64,000 bases of DNA from Nitrospira sp. (GTDB lineage: Bacteria; Nitrospirota; Nitrospiria; Nitrospirales; Nitrospiraceae). Made by a program: the position numbers and the translations under genes. The stretch lies in contig JAVYIN010000007.1 in assembly GCA_035968315.1 (NCBI GenBank), positions 92,996-156,995 on the forward strand. Direction: 5' to 3'. This document shows, piece by piece, positions 48,219 through 57,320 of the stretch (position 1 is its first letter; each line of letters begins with the position of its first letter). The notes beneath the pieces were generated by a model. The model was not told where the DNA came from and made no database searches. It saw only the letters and a program-made list of their open reading frames with translations.

Positions 48219-48296
48219 GGTGGGTGTAGCTCAGTTGGTTAGAGCGCCGGATTGTGGATCCGGAGGTCGCGGGTTCGAAACCCGTCATCCACCCCA
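48219..48296 (+). tRNA. tRNA-His (anticodon GTG)
   Basis: Cloverleaf folded by hand. Acceptor GTGGGTG/CATCCAC with an extra 5' G(-1) opposite discriminator C, which is the His hallmark. Anticodon stem CCGGA/TCCGG with loop TTGTGGA. T arm GCGGG-TTCGAAA-CCCGT. CCA is encoded. Confidence 0.9.
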
Positions 48297-48468
48297 TGCC
48301 TTTACCATGCCTTTGTTCGGTACTCAGGGCTTAACGCTCAGCACGTCTGAGCCTTTCCTGCGTTTCACCTTTCACGGCTCACGTCTCGTGCCACTTCGGG
48401 CTAATGATTTCTCTCGGGGAAAGGGGTAAGCTGCGGCGCTAATGCGAGCCTGAGGGAGTCGATCGGCA

Positions 48469-50886
48469 ATGAGCCAACCTGAAGCCTTCTCCCGTGTCCT
48501 CATCGACAAAGCATTGGAATTTAGTGGATGGGATTTGCTGAATCCTCAGCAGGTTCAGTTCGAGTTGCATACAGGGAATGGGCGGGCAGATTATCTGCTG
48601 AAGGACAGTTTAGGCCGGGTACTCTGCGTGCTCGAAGCAAAACGCGAAGGCCGTGATCCCTACGATGCAAAAGAACAGGCCCGTGGTTATGCCGGGAGCC
48701 TCAAGGCTCCCTTCATCATATTGTCCAACGGCCGCGAGCATTGGTTTTGGAATTATGAGCGGGCCGGCCAGCGCGACGCCTACCGCATCGAGCGGCTGCC
48801 CTCGCGTGATGATCTTGAACGAGCCCGGCTCAAGAATCTTCAGCCGCCGCGTCCCCTCGGAAGCGAACTCATCACGCCCGAGTATCTCCGCCAGCTCAAG
48901 CCCGGCCTCACGCTGAGGCGCTATCAGATTCACGCCATGGATGAGATTGCCAGGCACTTTGATGCCCAAGGCCTGCGGAAGTTCCTCCTGGAGATGGCGA
49001 CGGGTACGGGCAAGACGCTGCTCTGTGCCGCGCTGATTCGCCGCTTTCTCATGACCCGCAATGCCGAACGCGTGCTGTTCATCGTGGATCGCATCGAGCT
49101 GGCGAAGCAGACCATCGAAGACTTTGCCGCCGTCTTGCCGGAGTTCAAGCCGGTGATCTACAAAACCGCTCGCCGGACCGGTGAGCTGCTGGGATCGTCC
49201 GTCGTGATCGCGACCATTCAATCGCTGCTGACCGATCGCCGCTATCGAGACGAGTTCACGCCCTTCTATTTCGATCTCGTCATCAACGATGAGGCGCATC
49301 GGTCCATCTATGGCGATGCCCGCGAAGTCGTGCAATTTTTCCAGGCCACGCGCATTGGTCTGACGGCCACGCCCAAGGCCTATCTCAAGAACGTCGATAT
49401 TGAGAAATTGGCCGAGGAGAATCCCAAGGCGCTGGAGGCGCGTCAGTTGCGCGACACGTACCATTACTTCGGGTGCAAGCCGGGCTTCCCCACGTTTCGC
49501 TACGACATCATCGACGCTGTCAAAGATTCGGAAGGCCCGTTCCTCTGTCTGCCGAAGATTTTCGACCTCCGTTCCGATATCACGACTAAGGCGCTGGCTG
49601 AGTCCGGCTGGGCCGTCGTCGTCAACGAGAAGGAAGAGAGTTTTAAGATCCAGGATCTGGAAAAGAAGATCTTCACGCCGGCACGGAACCGGCTGATGTG
49701 CGAAGCCTTTCTGAAGGAGGCGCAGCAAGATCCGGCAGGGGCCATCGGCAAGTCCATCGTGTTTGCCGTGAATCAGGCACATGCCACCAACCTCACGAAG
49801 ATCTTCAACGAGCTGCAGCCCGGCATCGCCTTGACCATCACCTCGCGCATCCCCGAGGCATCGGTGCTGGCGAAAGAGTTTCGTGACGGCAAACGGCACG
49901 AGCGCATTGCGGTGTCCGTGGACATGCTTTCAACCGGCTACAATTGCCGCGACGTGCTGAACATCGGCCTCTTTCGCCCGGTGTTCTCGCCGACGGAATA
50001 TATTCAGATCAAAGGCCGGGGGACCCGTCGCTATACCTTCATGATCGGCCACACCGCTTATGAGAAGGCCTGTTTCTACCTCCTCGACTTTTGTGCCGTC
50101 GCGGAATACTTCGAGGACCAATACAATTACTCGGTCCCATTGAAGGCTCCGCGCGAAAAGAAATCCCCGGCCTCAACGGATTCGTATGCCCAGGGCGATG
50201 GCGGCAACAGTGTGGCGGCAGAAGCTCAACCGGATCTTCCTCGGGGGGAACGGCCGCAGCGCGAGATCCCGACCTGGGAGGGGATCGACACCCTCGTGAG
50301 TCAGGAGGTGCGGATCGTCGGCCCCAATGGCGAAAAGGTCGATGTCATGACCTTCCGTGGCGGCTACGAGCGGGATATCAAAGAATTCGTTGCGCAGACG
50401 CCTGCGCTGCAAGACGCCGTAGAAGCTGAGGACGACGACGCCATCGAAGCCATTCTCAATGAGCGGTTTTACCATCGCCCGGAGATGTATTATTCGCCGG
50501 ACAAGCTGATCGTCTCCTATGGCGTGCCGGCGACGACACCGGCTTTTGTCTATCATGCGCTCGGGCGCAAGCCGCTCCCCACGCGCGACGCCATCGTGAC
50601 GGACACGGTCGATTCCATCGCCGCCCGGTTCAACCTCCGGTACAGTGAGCAGAAGTGGGTCGATGCCACCGCGCAATTGCTGGCCGAAGATCCTGCGGCG
50701 CTTCGCCGCTTTCTGGCAGGAGACATGACGCTGTTCACGGCGAGTCAGTTCAACCAGTTGGGCGGCGTCTCCGCGCTCGCCCGATTTGAGGATCGAGAGC
50801 AAGTCTTCGACGCCTTGCGCCAGTCCACGCTCGTCCGGCAAAGTGCATTGGGCGGCTCACAATTGCCCACTAGCCCTCCTCAGTGA
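48469..50886 (+). CDS. hsdR: Type I restriction enzyme R subunit (EcoEI-like size and layout)
   Basis: N-terminal PD-(D/E)xK-like ADYLL...VLEAKRE; Walker A MATGTGKT; DEAH box NDEAHR; helicase C motifs (QIKGRGTR). Confidence 0.85.
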   Translation: MSQPEAFSRVLIDKALEFSGWDLLNPQQVQFELHTGNGRADYLLKDSLGRVLCVLEAKREGRDPYDAKEQARGYAGSLKAPFIILSNGREHWFWNYERAGQRDAYRIERLPSRDDLERARLKNLQPPRPLGSELITPEYLRQLKPGLTLRRYQIHAMDEIARHFDAQGLRKFLLEMATGTGKTLLCAALIRRFLMTRNAERVLFIVDRIELAKQTIEDFAAVLPEFKPVIYKTARRTGELLGSSVVIATIQSLLTDRRYRDEFTPFYFDLVINDEAHRSIYGDAREVVQFFQATRIGLTATPKAYLKNVDIEKLAEENPKALEARQLRDTYHYFGCKPGFPTFRYDIIDAVKDSEGPFLCLPKIFDLRSDITTKALAESGWAVVVNEKEESFKIQDLEKKIFTPARNRLMCEAFLKEAQQDPAGAIGKSIVFAVNQAHATNLTKIFNELQPGIALTITSRIPEASVLAKEFRDGKRHERIAVSVDMLSTGYNCRDVLNIGLFRPVFSPTEYIQIKGRGTRRYTFMIGHTAYEKACFYLLDFCAVAEYFEDQYNYSVPLKAPREKKSPASTDSYAQGDGGNSVAAEAQPDLPRGERPQREIPTWEGIDTLVSQEVRIVGPNGEKVDVMTFRGGYERDIKEFVAQTPALQDAVEAEDDDAIEAILNERFYHRPEMYYSPDKLIVSYGVPATTPAFVYHALGRKPLPTRDAIVTDTVDSIAARFNLRYSEQKWVDATAQLLAEDPAALRRFLAGDMTLFTASQFNQLGGVSALARFEDREQVFDALRQSTLVRQSALGGSQLPTSPPQ

Positions 50887-50911
50887 ATGGCTCAACTGAA
50901 CGGATGAGCAT

Positions 50912-52423
50912 ATGACTCACATGGTACAGCCACCACCATTGTCCCCGCCATTCGACGACAAGCTCATCGACGAGTTTCTCCAATGGCCGGAGAATAGCCA
51001 ATTTGAATGCAAGCGATTGGCGGGGAAGTTGACCTCAGTCCTCGAATCCATTGTGGCTCTCGCTAACAGCGAGGGGGGTATCATTGCTTTGGGGTTCGAA
51101 GATCCCGATAAGGCAAAGGGCCGTGACCGCGTCTATGGTATCCAGGAAAATCCAAACAATTGGGATGAACTTCGGCGACACCTTCAGTCGCGCATTACTG
51201 AGCCCAATCTGCTCCCCTGTTCGCCCGTCGAGATAGGCTGCACACTCCGTGATGGAGCTAGGGGATCGGTCGTGTTCTTAAAAATCGAGAAGAGTAACCG
51301 CATCCATTCGATTGTGGATGACGGCACATGGGTTCGTCTCGAAAAGGGCAATAAAGAACTAACGGCGAATGAGATCAATGATCTGTGTTTTTCGCGCGGC
51401 ACGATTTCTGTTGAAGCCCAGTTAGAACCGATCGAGATCGAGTTACTCGATACCGACTACTGGAAACAGTATGCACAGCACCGTCGTCTTACGCGTCCCA
51501 TCGCCGAGGCGTTGCGCCACATCGGTCTGGCTAGGCCAGATGCACAGGGGACATTGCGCCCAAGCCGTGCTGCCGTGCTGTTGTTTGCCGAGGAGCCGTC
51601 TGGCCTGCTCAGCGGCAAAGCCGCTGTTCGTGTGTTCCATTATCGCGGCAACCGTGTTCAGACTGATCCACACACCAACTTGCTCAAGCCGCCGCGAACG
51701 ATCTCTGGTCCGATCATTCGTCAGATTCAAGACGCCACCGATTATGTGGTGAGTGAATTGGCTTCAGGCGTGCAAATGGGGCCCCTCGGGTTCGACATCG
51801 TCCAGAGCTATCCTGTCCGTGTCATCAAAGAGGCCATCACGAATGCCCTTATCCACCGAGACTATCGTCTGTCCGCCGATGTGCACATCCGGATCTTTTC
51901 CGATCGCATCGAGGTAGAAAGCCCTGGATTACTGGTCGGTCCGGTCACCGCTGCGAACATCGGCACCATCGGCACGCATGCCCGCAACCCCGTCTTAGTT
52001 AACCATCTCCGTGACTTTCCCACGCCACCGAATCTCGATGCTGGCGAGGGGGTCCGCATGATGTTCGGCACCATGCAGGCCGTCGGGCTATACCCGCCGC
52101 TCTACTTGACTCGTCCGCATGTTCAGCGTGAAGCGGTTATTGTTTTTCTACTGAACGAGCATCGGCCGACTGCCTGGGAACAGGTGAGCCGACACATTGA
52201 CCAGCATGGTTCTATCGGCAATACCGAAGTTCGTGCGGCGATGGAAACAGACGATGTGCTGACAGCTTCAAAGCAGATTAAGAAGTGGCTTGACCAGGGT
52301 CTGTTGATTATTCTCAACCCCGCAGTGGGGACTCGCGCCCGGCGATATAGCAAACCGAATATGCCTCCTCCAATCCAGTTGTTTTCCTCCCTCGAAGGAA
52401 AACAACGAAAGGGGAAGGCGTAA
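50912..52423 (+). CDS. AlbA_2 (Schlafen-like) + HATPase_c_4 + wHTH protein, usually annotated as an ATP-binding protein or RecG-like transcriptional regulator
   Basis: ENSQFECKR...IVALANSEGGIIALG is the AlbA_2 signature. IKEAITNALIHRDY is the HATPase_c_4 signature. Confidence 0.7.
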   Translation: MTHMVQPPPLSPPFDDKLIDEFLQWPENSQFECKRLAGKLTSVLESIVALANSEGGIIALGFEDPDKAKGRDRVYGIQENPNNWDELRRHLQSRITEPNLLPCSPVEIGCTLRDGARGSVVFLKIEKSNRIHSIVDDGTWVRLEKGNKELTANEINDLCFSRGTISVEAQLEPIEIELLDTDYWKQYAQHRRLTRPIAEALRHIGLARPDAQGTLRPSRAAVLLFAEEPSGLLSGKAAVRVFHYRGNRVQTDPHTNLLKPPRTISGPIIRQIQDATDYVVSELASGVQMGPLGFDIVQSYPVRVIKEAITNALIHRDYRLSADVHIRIFSDRIEVESPGLLVGPVTAANIGTIGTHARNPVLVNHLRDFPTPPNLDAGEGVRMMFGTMQAVGLYPPLYLTRPHVQREAVIVFLLNEHRPTAWEQVSRHIDQHGSIGNTEVRAAMETDDVLTASKQIKKWLDQGLLIILNPAVGTRARRYSKPNMPPPIQLFSSLEGKQRKGKA

Positions 52424-52513
52424 GGCTAGGCAATTCAATAACTTGCAAAACCGTTGTTATCCAAAAGTCTCCCAATAAGCCATAAGCCGACCAAAGAAGG
52501 GTTCTAGAACTCC

Positions 52514-54049
52514 ATGCGCACGCCTCCTGTACAGTCTGACTCCGTTGCCGCCCAGGCCCTTGCCGCGCCGTCGAATTTCTTTTCCTCCGGCCTCCGGCAG
52601 AAGGTCGATCAGCTCATGAACATCCTTTGGGCCGGGGGCGTGAACAATCCGATGGATTCCATCGAGCAGATTTCCTATCTGCTGTTCCTGCGATTGCTGA
52701 CGGAGAAGGACAACGTCCTCGCCAGTCTCGACAAGAAATATGTCTGCATCTTCTCCGGCAAGTGGGCCAAATACGCCTGGGGCAACTTCGTCACGCTGGC
52801 CGGCAATGATCTCTTCACCGCCGTCCGCGATGCCATTGAAAAGCTGCATGAACTCCAGGGCTTGACCGACACCGGCAAGCTGCTCTTCAGCCGCGCCACC
52901 CTCAAGATCTACGACCGCCCAACCCTCCGCGCCGTGGTGCAAGCTATCCACGGGATGGACCTGTCCGCCCATGACGGCCACGACCTGAAGGGGGACATGT
53001 ATGAGTATTTGCTGAGCAAACTGTCGGCCTCCGGCACCAACGGACAGTTTCGCACGCCGCGCCACATCATTGACCTGATTGTGGCGCTCGTAAACCCGCA
53101 ACCGAAGCACCGGATCTGCGACCCGGCCTGCGGCACAGCGGGCTTTCTCATCTCGGCCTTTACGCACATCTTGCGCCAGCACACGAAACCGGCGGACCTG
53201 AAGCAGGGCCTAGTGGACGGCGGGCTCCTCAAGGCCGCGCAGTGGAAGTTCCTCGAAGAACAGGCCTTCACCGGCTTTGACAACGACGCGAATATGGTGA
53301 AGATCGCCATCTTGAACCTCTACCTCCACCAGTTGGAGAAAGCGCGCGTCTCCATGCTGAACCCGCTTACCACTGGCTTCGGCGGCGCCTATCCGGGCCA
53401 GCAGTTCGACATCATTCTTGCCAACCCGCCCTTCGCCGGAAAGGTGCAGGACGAAAGCATCCTGGCCGACCTCAACTACAAGCTGAATACCCGTTCGACG
53501 GAACTGCTGTTTCTCAAATGGTTCATCGACCATCTCGCGCCCGGCGGGCGCGCGGGCGTCATCGTGCCCAATGGGGTACTCTTCGGCTCCACCAACGCCG
53601 CCACCAGCCTGCGCGAGCTGCTCCTGACCGAGTGCGACCTGCAAGCGGTGATCAATCTGCCGAGCGGCGTGTTCAAGCCCTATTCCGGCGTCGGCACCGC
53701 CGCGCTGATCTTTGAGAAGGGCAAGAAGACAGAGAGTGTCTGGTTCTACGACCTCACCGCCGACGGCTACAGCCTGGACGACAAGCGCACGCCAATCGAG
53801 GCCAACGACATTCCCGACACACTGGCGAAATGGCCGAACCGTGAAGAAGGGCCGAACAGTTACCGGGTGCCGGTTCAGAAGATTCGGGAGCACGACTGGA
53901 GTCTCGCCGCAGGCCGCTATAAACCTGTCACAGCAAAAGCCGTCAACCATGACAAGCCTGCTGACATTCTCGGCGAGGTGCTTGAGCTTGAGAGTGAAAT
54001 CGTCAAGCGCGGCAACGCTCTGCTTGGCCAAATCGGTAGAAAGAAATGA
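52514..54049 (+). CDS. hsdM: Type I restriction-modification N6-adenine DNA methyltransferase subunit
   Basis: DPACGTAGFL (motif I) and NPPFAG (motif IV). Confidence 0.9.
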   Translation: MRTPPVQSDSVAAQALAAPSNFFSSGLRQKVDQLMNILWAGGVNNPMDSIEQISYLLFLRLLTEKDNVLASLDKKYVCIFSGKWAKYAWGNFVTLAGNDLFTAVRDAIEKLHELQGLTDTGKLLFSRATLKIYDRPTLRAVVQAIHGMDLSAHDGHDLKGDMYEYLLSKLSASGTNGQFRTPRHIIDLIVALVNPQPKHRICDPACGTAGFLISAFTHILRQHTKPADLKQGLVDGGLLKAAQWKFLEEQAFTGFDNDANMVKIAILNLYLHQLEKARVSMLNPLTTGFGGAYPGQQFDIILANPPFAGKVQDESILADLNYKLNTRSTELLFLKWFIDHLAPGGRAGVIVPNGVLFGSTNAATSLRELLLTECDLQAVINLPSGVFKPYSGVGTAALIFEKGKKTESVWFYDLTADGYSLDDKRTPIEANDIPDTLAKWPNREEGPNSYRVPVQKIREHDWSLAAGRYKPVTAKAVNHDKPADILGEVLELESEIVKRGNALLGQIGRKK

Positions 54050-55239
54050 GCGGCTGGATTGCCAAACCGTTGGCTGATGCCTGCGAGAGAATAACAGATG
54101 GTTCTCATCGCACGCCGCCGTTCACAGAGGAAGGTTATCCATTCGCTACAGTGGCGCACGTGGATGACAATGGCATAATCGATCTTGCATCATGCAAGCG
54201 AATCTCACCCTCAGACTTTGAGGAGCTTAGACGAAACGACTGCCGTCCTTTGCCAGGTGATGTCCTCTTTTCCAAAGATGGTACGGTTGGCAAAGTGGCA
54301 GTTATTGATTTCGACGCCGACTTCGTTGTTCTTTCATCGCTGGCAATCCTTCGTCCAAAGCAAGATGTATTGAATCAACGATTTCTCGCTTATGCTTTGC
54401 GCTCCGAGGCCGTGCTTGGAGACGCCATCAACCGGAAATCTGGTTCGGCTATACGAAGAATCGTTTTGCGAGATCTCCGCCAAGTGTGTATTCCTATTCC
54501 TCCGCTGGTGGAGCAAGAGCGGATTGTGAAGCTGCTGGACGAAGCGGACGAGTTGCGGAAGCTACGCGCCCAAGCCGACCGCCGCACCGCCGACCTGATC
54601 CCAGCCCTCTTCCACGAAATGTTTGGAGAGAATGCGAAGAAGCCACACGCCCATGCAAAGCTGGGACAAATCGCTGAAGTTGTCTCTGGTGTTGCGAAGG
54701 GCCGGAAGTTCAACGGACGGTTGCCTGTCGAAGTTCCTTACCTTCGTGTGGCAAACGTGCAGGCAGGGCATCTTGATCTGTCAGAAATCAAAACGATTCA
54801 GGCGTTGCCGGAAGAAGTCGAAGAACTTGCGCTGCGGAAGGGAGACGTACTGCTCACAGAAGGCGGCGACTTCGACAAGTTGGGACGTGGGGCAATGCTG
54901 GAGCAAGACCTCCCAAACTACATCCACCAAAATCATGTCTTTCGTGTGCGTGTTGAGCAGTCGGAGCTCGATCCGGTCTATTTCGCTAAGTTCCTTTTGA
55001 CCGGCGAGGCCCGCAGGTACTTCCTCGGTTGCGCCAAGAGGACGACGAACCTCGCGAGCATCAACATGACACAATTGCGTGCTCTGCCTGTTCCGCTTCC
55101 GCCACTTTTCCTGCAAAAGGAGTTCGCTGCCCGCGTGTCCGAGATCCGCGCCATGCAGGCTGAGCAAGCCGCTTCCCGCCGCCGCCTGGACGATCTCTTT
55201 CACTCCATGCTCCATCGCGTGTTTCAGGGAGAGCTATGA
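54046..55239 (+). CDS. hsdS: Type I restriction-modification specificity subunit
   Basis: Two target-recognition halves separated by conserved helices (PPLVEQERIVKLLDEADELRKLR and PLPPLFLQKEFAARVSEIRAM). ATGA overlap with hsdM. Confidence 0.88.
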   Translation: MSGWIAKPLADACERITDGSHRTPPFTEEGYPFATVAHVDDNGIIDLASCKRISPSDFEELRRNDCRPLPGDVLFSKDGTVGKVAVIDFDADFVVLSSLAILRPKQDVLNQRFLAYALRSEAVLGDAINRKSGSAIRRIVLRDLRQVCIPIPPLVEQERIVKLLDEADELRKLRAQADRRTADLIPALFHEMFGENAKKPHAHAKLGQIAEVVSGVAKGRKFNGRLPVEVPYLRVANVQAGHLDLSEIKTIQALPEEVEELALRKGDVLLTEGGDFDKLGRGAMLEQDLPNYIHQNHVFRVRVEQSELDPVYFAKFLLTGEARRYFLGCAKRTTNLASINMTQLRALPVPLPPLFLQKEFAARVSEIRAMQAEQAASRRRLDDLFHSMLHRVFQGEL

Positions 55240-55547
55240 AGATTATCCGTGATTGTTTCGGGCGCTCCGTCAGGCTGACCGATGAGCGGGTCGTGCATAT
55301 CCTTCAACATCAGGAAATGGCAGGGATGGAGGCAGAGATTGAGCGGGTGCTCCAAGCCCCGGCTGAAGTGCGCCTGTCTCGATCGGACGACACCGTGCAG
55401 TTGTTTTACGAATTCTACGCGCAAACGCTGGTTGGTGGGAAATGGCTCTGCGTCGTGGTAAAGTGCCCACCAGAGGATGCGTTTGTGGTGACGGCCTATT
55501 TGACCGATCGACTGAAGTCAGGAGAAACCATATGGCCGAAAAAGTAA
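55236..55547 (+). CDS. Small conserved protein of the kind usually paired with DUF2283 (putative toxin; family uncertain)
   Basis: 103-aa ORF. ATGA overlap with hsdS. ...VRLTDERVVHILQHQEM...WLCVVVK...FVVTAYLT... Confidence 0.55.
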   Translation: MKIIRDCFGRSVRLTDERVVHILQHQEMAGMEAEIERVLQAPAEVRLSRSDDTVQLFYEFYAQTLVGGKWLCVVVKCPPEDAFVVTAYLTDRLKSGETIWPKK

Positions 55548-55744
55548 AAGTCTGGTTTGACCCGGAAGCGGACTATCTCGAAGTGCAATTCCGTGAGGCG
55601 CCCGGCTTCATGCGCCCGACGGCTCATGATGCCGTCATGGAACGGGTGGACGAGGCGGGGCATGTCCTCGGTTTCAGCGTGCTTGGCGTCAGCCGCTTTC
55701 GCAAAGACCATCCGTTAGAAGCGGAATTGGTGGTCGGAGAGTGA
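55532..55744 (+). CDS. DUF2283 domain protein (putative antitoxin partner)
   Basis: MAEKVKVWFDPEADYLEVQF... is the classic DUF2283 N-terminus (YDxEADxLYI). It overlaps the upstream ORF by 16 nt. Confidence 0.65.
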   Translation: MAEKVKVWFDPEADYLEVQFREAPGFMRPTAHDAVMERVDEAGHVLGFSVLGVSRFRKDHPLEAELVVGE

Positions 55745-55989
55745 TCGTGCGGATGTTTGTGCCCGCCCCATCTACACTCACCGTCATCTCTACGCCGTTC
55801 GCGCCACCCACCTTCGATAATTGGAAGTCCTGCGAACTCCCGCCCCTATCTAGAGCAAGCCATCCCTTTTCATTCTTGGCATCGTGGTGAAAGTGATCGA
55901 CGTGGATGTGAAGTGTGGCACCAGACTGACGGAGCGCTGAGGCCACACGATTCTTTCCCAGAGATCGGTCAAGAAAGAAGACGGGTCGT

Positions 55990-56205
55990 TCAGGCGGCTT
56001 CGACGGAGAGTTCGCACCTGATGGCTGCTTCGATTTCGAGGCGCCGCCGTCCATGGTCCACTGCCAAATCGTCCACGGATTCACCGGCTTTATATCGTTT
56101 TGCGATGACGTCCGTTGGAATGCCTGTGGTGCTGCGGTAATGCCGGCTGGACACCCAGTCTCGGATCGTTGTGCGCGGGATGCGCAAGTCATGTGTGGCT
56201 TCCAT
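55990..56205 (-). pseudogene. Truncated HTH + DUF433-like antitoxin remnant
   Basis: MEATHDLRIPRTTIRDWV (HTH-like) is directly fused to GIPTDVIAKRYKAGESVDDLAVDHGRRRLEIEAAIRCE (DUF433 C-terminal pattern). It is much shorter than typical members. It is followed by a start-less PIN/DUF5615-like fragment. Confidence 0.35.
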
Positions 56206-56321
56206 GCACCATAGGAGGGCACTTCCCCTAACAGACGTTTTGTTATGTTCACCAATGGGGATTGTGGTCGCGACGTAACCGCAGAGTCGCTTATTGTGTC
56301 GGCCAGGAATATTGCCTCGCG

Positions 56322-57320
56322 TCACTGATCGGACTTCCGTACGCCATTTGAGATGTGGTCCTTGAGACAACAGTGCTTGTATTTTTTCCCGCTGCCGCAG
56401 GGGCAGGGCGCGTTGCGGCTGATCCCCTGGCGGCGCCGGGGCACCAGCGAGAGCAGCGCGCCGGCATCCTGGTGAAAGAGGTCCCGCAGCAGCGCGTACA
56501 AGGCGGGATCGCGGCGCTGCAGCCGCTCGGGCGACGTGAAGAAATATTCCGCCAGCACCGCGAAGAATTCGTGCTCGTTCGTATAGGCGTAGGGGTTGAT
56601 GTGGGCGCCATGCTTGGAGGGCCGCGCCAGCTCACGCCCCACGTACCGCACCCATTGGCGGACCGCCATCCAGGGCACTTCGGGAGGCAGCCCGTACTCG
56701 CCGGCTTCTATTTCGACCAGGTGCGCAAATTCATGCACCCCGACATTGTGGGTCCCAGGATCAGGGGCAAAACCTGCGAGCAGCGCGGGTTTCGAAAGAA
56801 TCATCACTCCGCTCAAATGGTGGAGACCTGCCATCCCCACGATCGACGCCTCGCTTGTGTGCTGATAGGCATCGTCGAAGGTGTCCGGGTAGATCAGCAC
56901 CTCCCGCAACTGATGATATTCCCAGTCGTGGAAGCCAAAGATCGGGATCACCGCGCTTGCCGCCACCAGTACCCGAATCGTCTCATCCACCTCCGTGCGA
57001 ATGCCCGTGATCCGCACCTCGTCGAGAAAAATCTGCACCAGCTGCCGGAAGCGTGATTGTCCCGCCTTATCGAGTGCGGTGAAGAACGCCACCCGTTCGC
57101 GAAGAATCCGCTCCCATTCCTCGGGAAACGGCTGCCGCATTACCGCCGCCCGCCGGAGCGCCCGCCGCCGCACCCACCAATAGCTGAGGGGGCTGAGACT
57201 CAGCAGCAGCCAGAACGGAGGGGCGGCCCAGCCGAGCAAGATCGCGCCCCAGGCTACGAGCGCCGCCACCACGAATGCCTGCCGTCGGTTCCGACGATGA
57301 CTGTCCGGCGTCACGAGCAT
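56322..57320 (-). CDS. MtfA-like (M90) zinc peptidase with an N-terminal TM region and a C-terminal SEC-C motif
   Basis: VGVHEFAHLVE (HExxH), NEHEFFAVLAEYFF, and C-terminal PCPCGSGKKYKHCC. I prefer ATG 57320; the Arg/His-rich extension to 57758 in the track looks spurious. Confidence 0.75.
   Translation of the reverse strand: MLVTPDSHRRNRRQAFVVAALVAWGAILLGWAAPPFWLLLSLSPLSYWWVRRRALRRAAVMRQPFPEEWERILRERVAFFTALDKAGQSRFRQLVQIFLDEVRITGIRTEVDETIRVLVAASAVIPIFGFHDWEYHQLREVLIYPDTFDDAYQHTSEASIVGMAGLHHLSGVMILSKPALLAGFAPDPGTHNVGVHEFAHLVEIEAGEYGLPPEVPWMAVRQWVRYVGRELARPSKHGAHINPYAYTNEHEFFAVLAEYFFTSPERLQRRDPALYALLRDLFHQDAGALLSLVPRRRQGISRNAPCPCGSGKKYKHCCLKDHISNGVRKSDQ

Noticed and set aside
55689-56255. The 188-aa minus-strand ORF taken as an intact gene.
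   Set aside because: It overlaps the DUF433-like ORF almost completely. Only a short stretch (VFFLDRSLGKNRVASALRQSG...) looks like a PIN/DUF5615 N-terminus, and that stretch has no start codon. I treat it as a remnant.
56975-57000. A possible attR copy of the tRNA-His 3' end (TCATCCACC shared with 48286-48294).
   Set aside because: The match is only 9 nt, lies inside the well-conserved MtfA-like coding sequence, and does not extend. It is consistent with chance.
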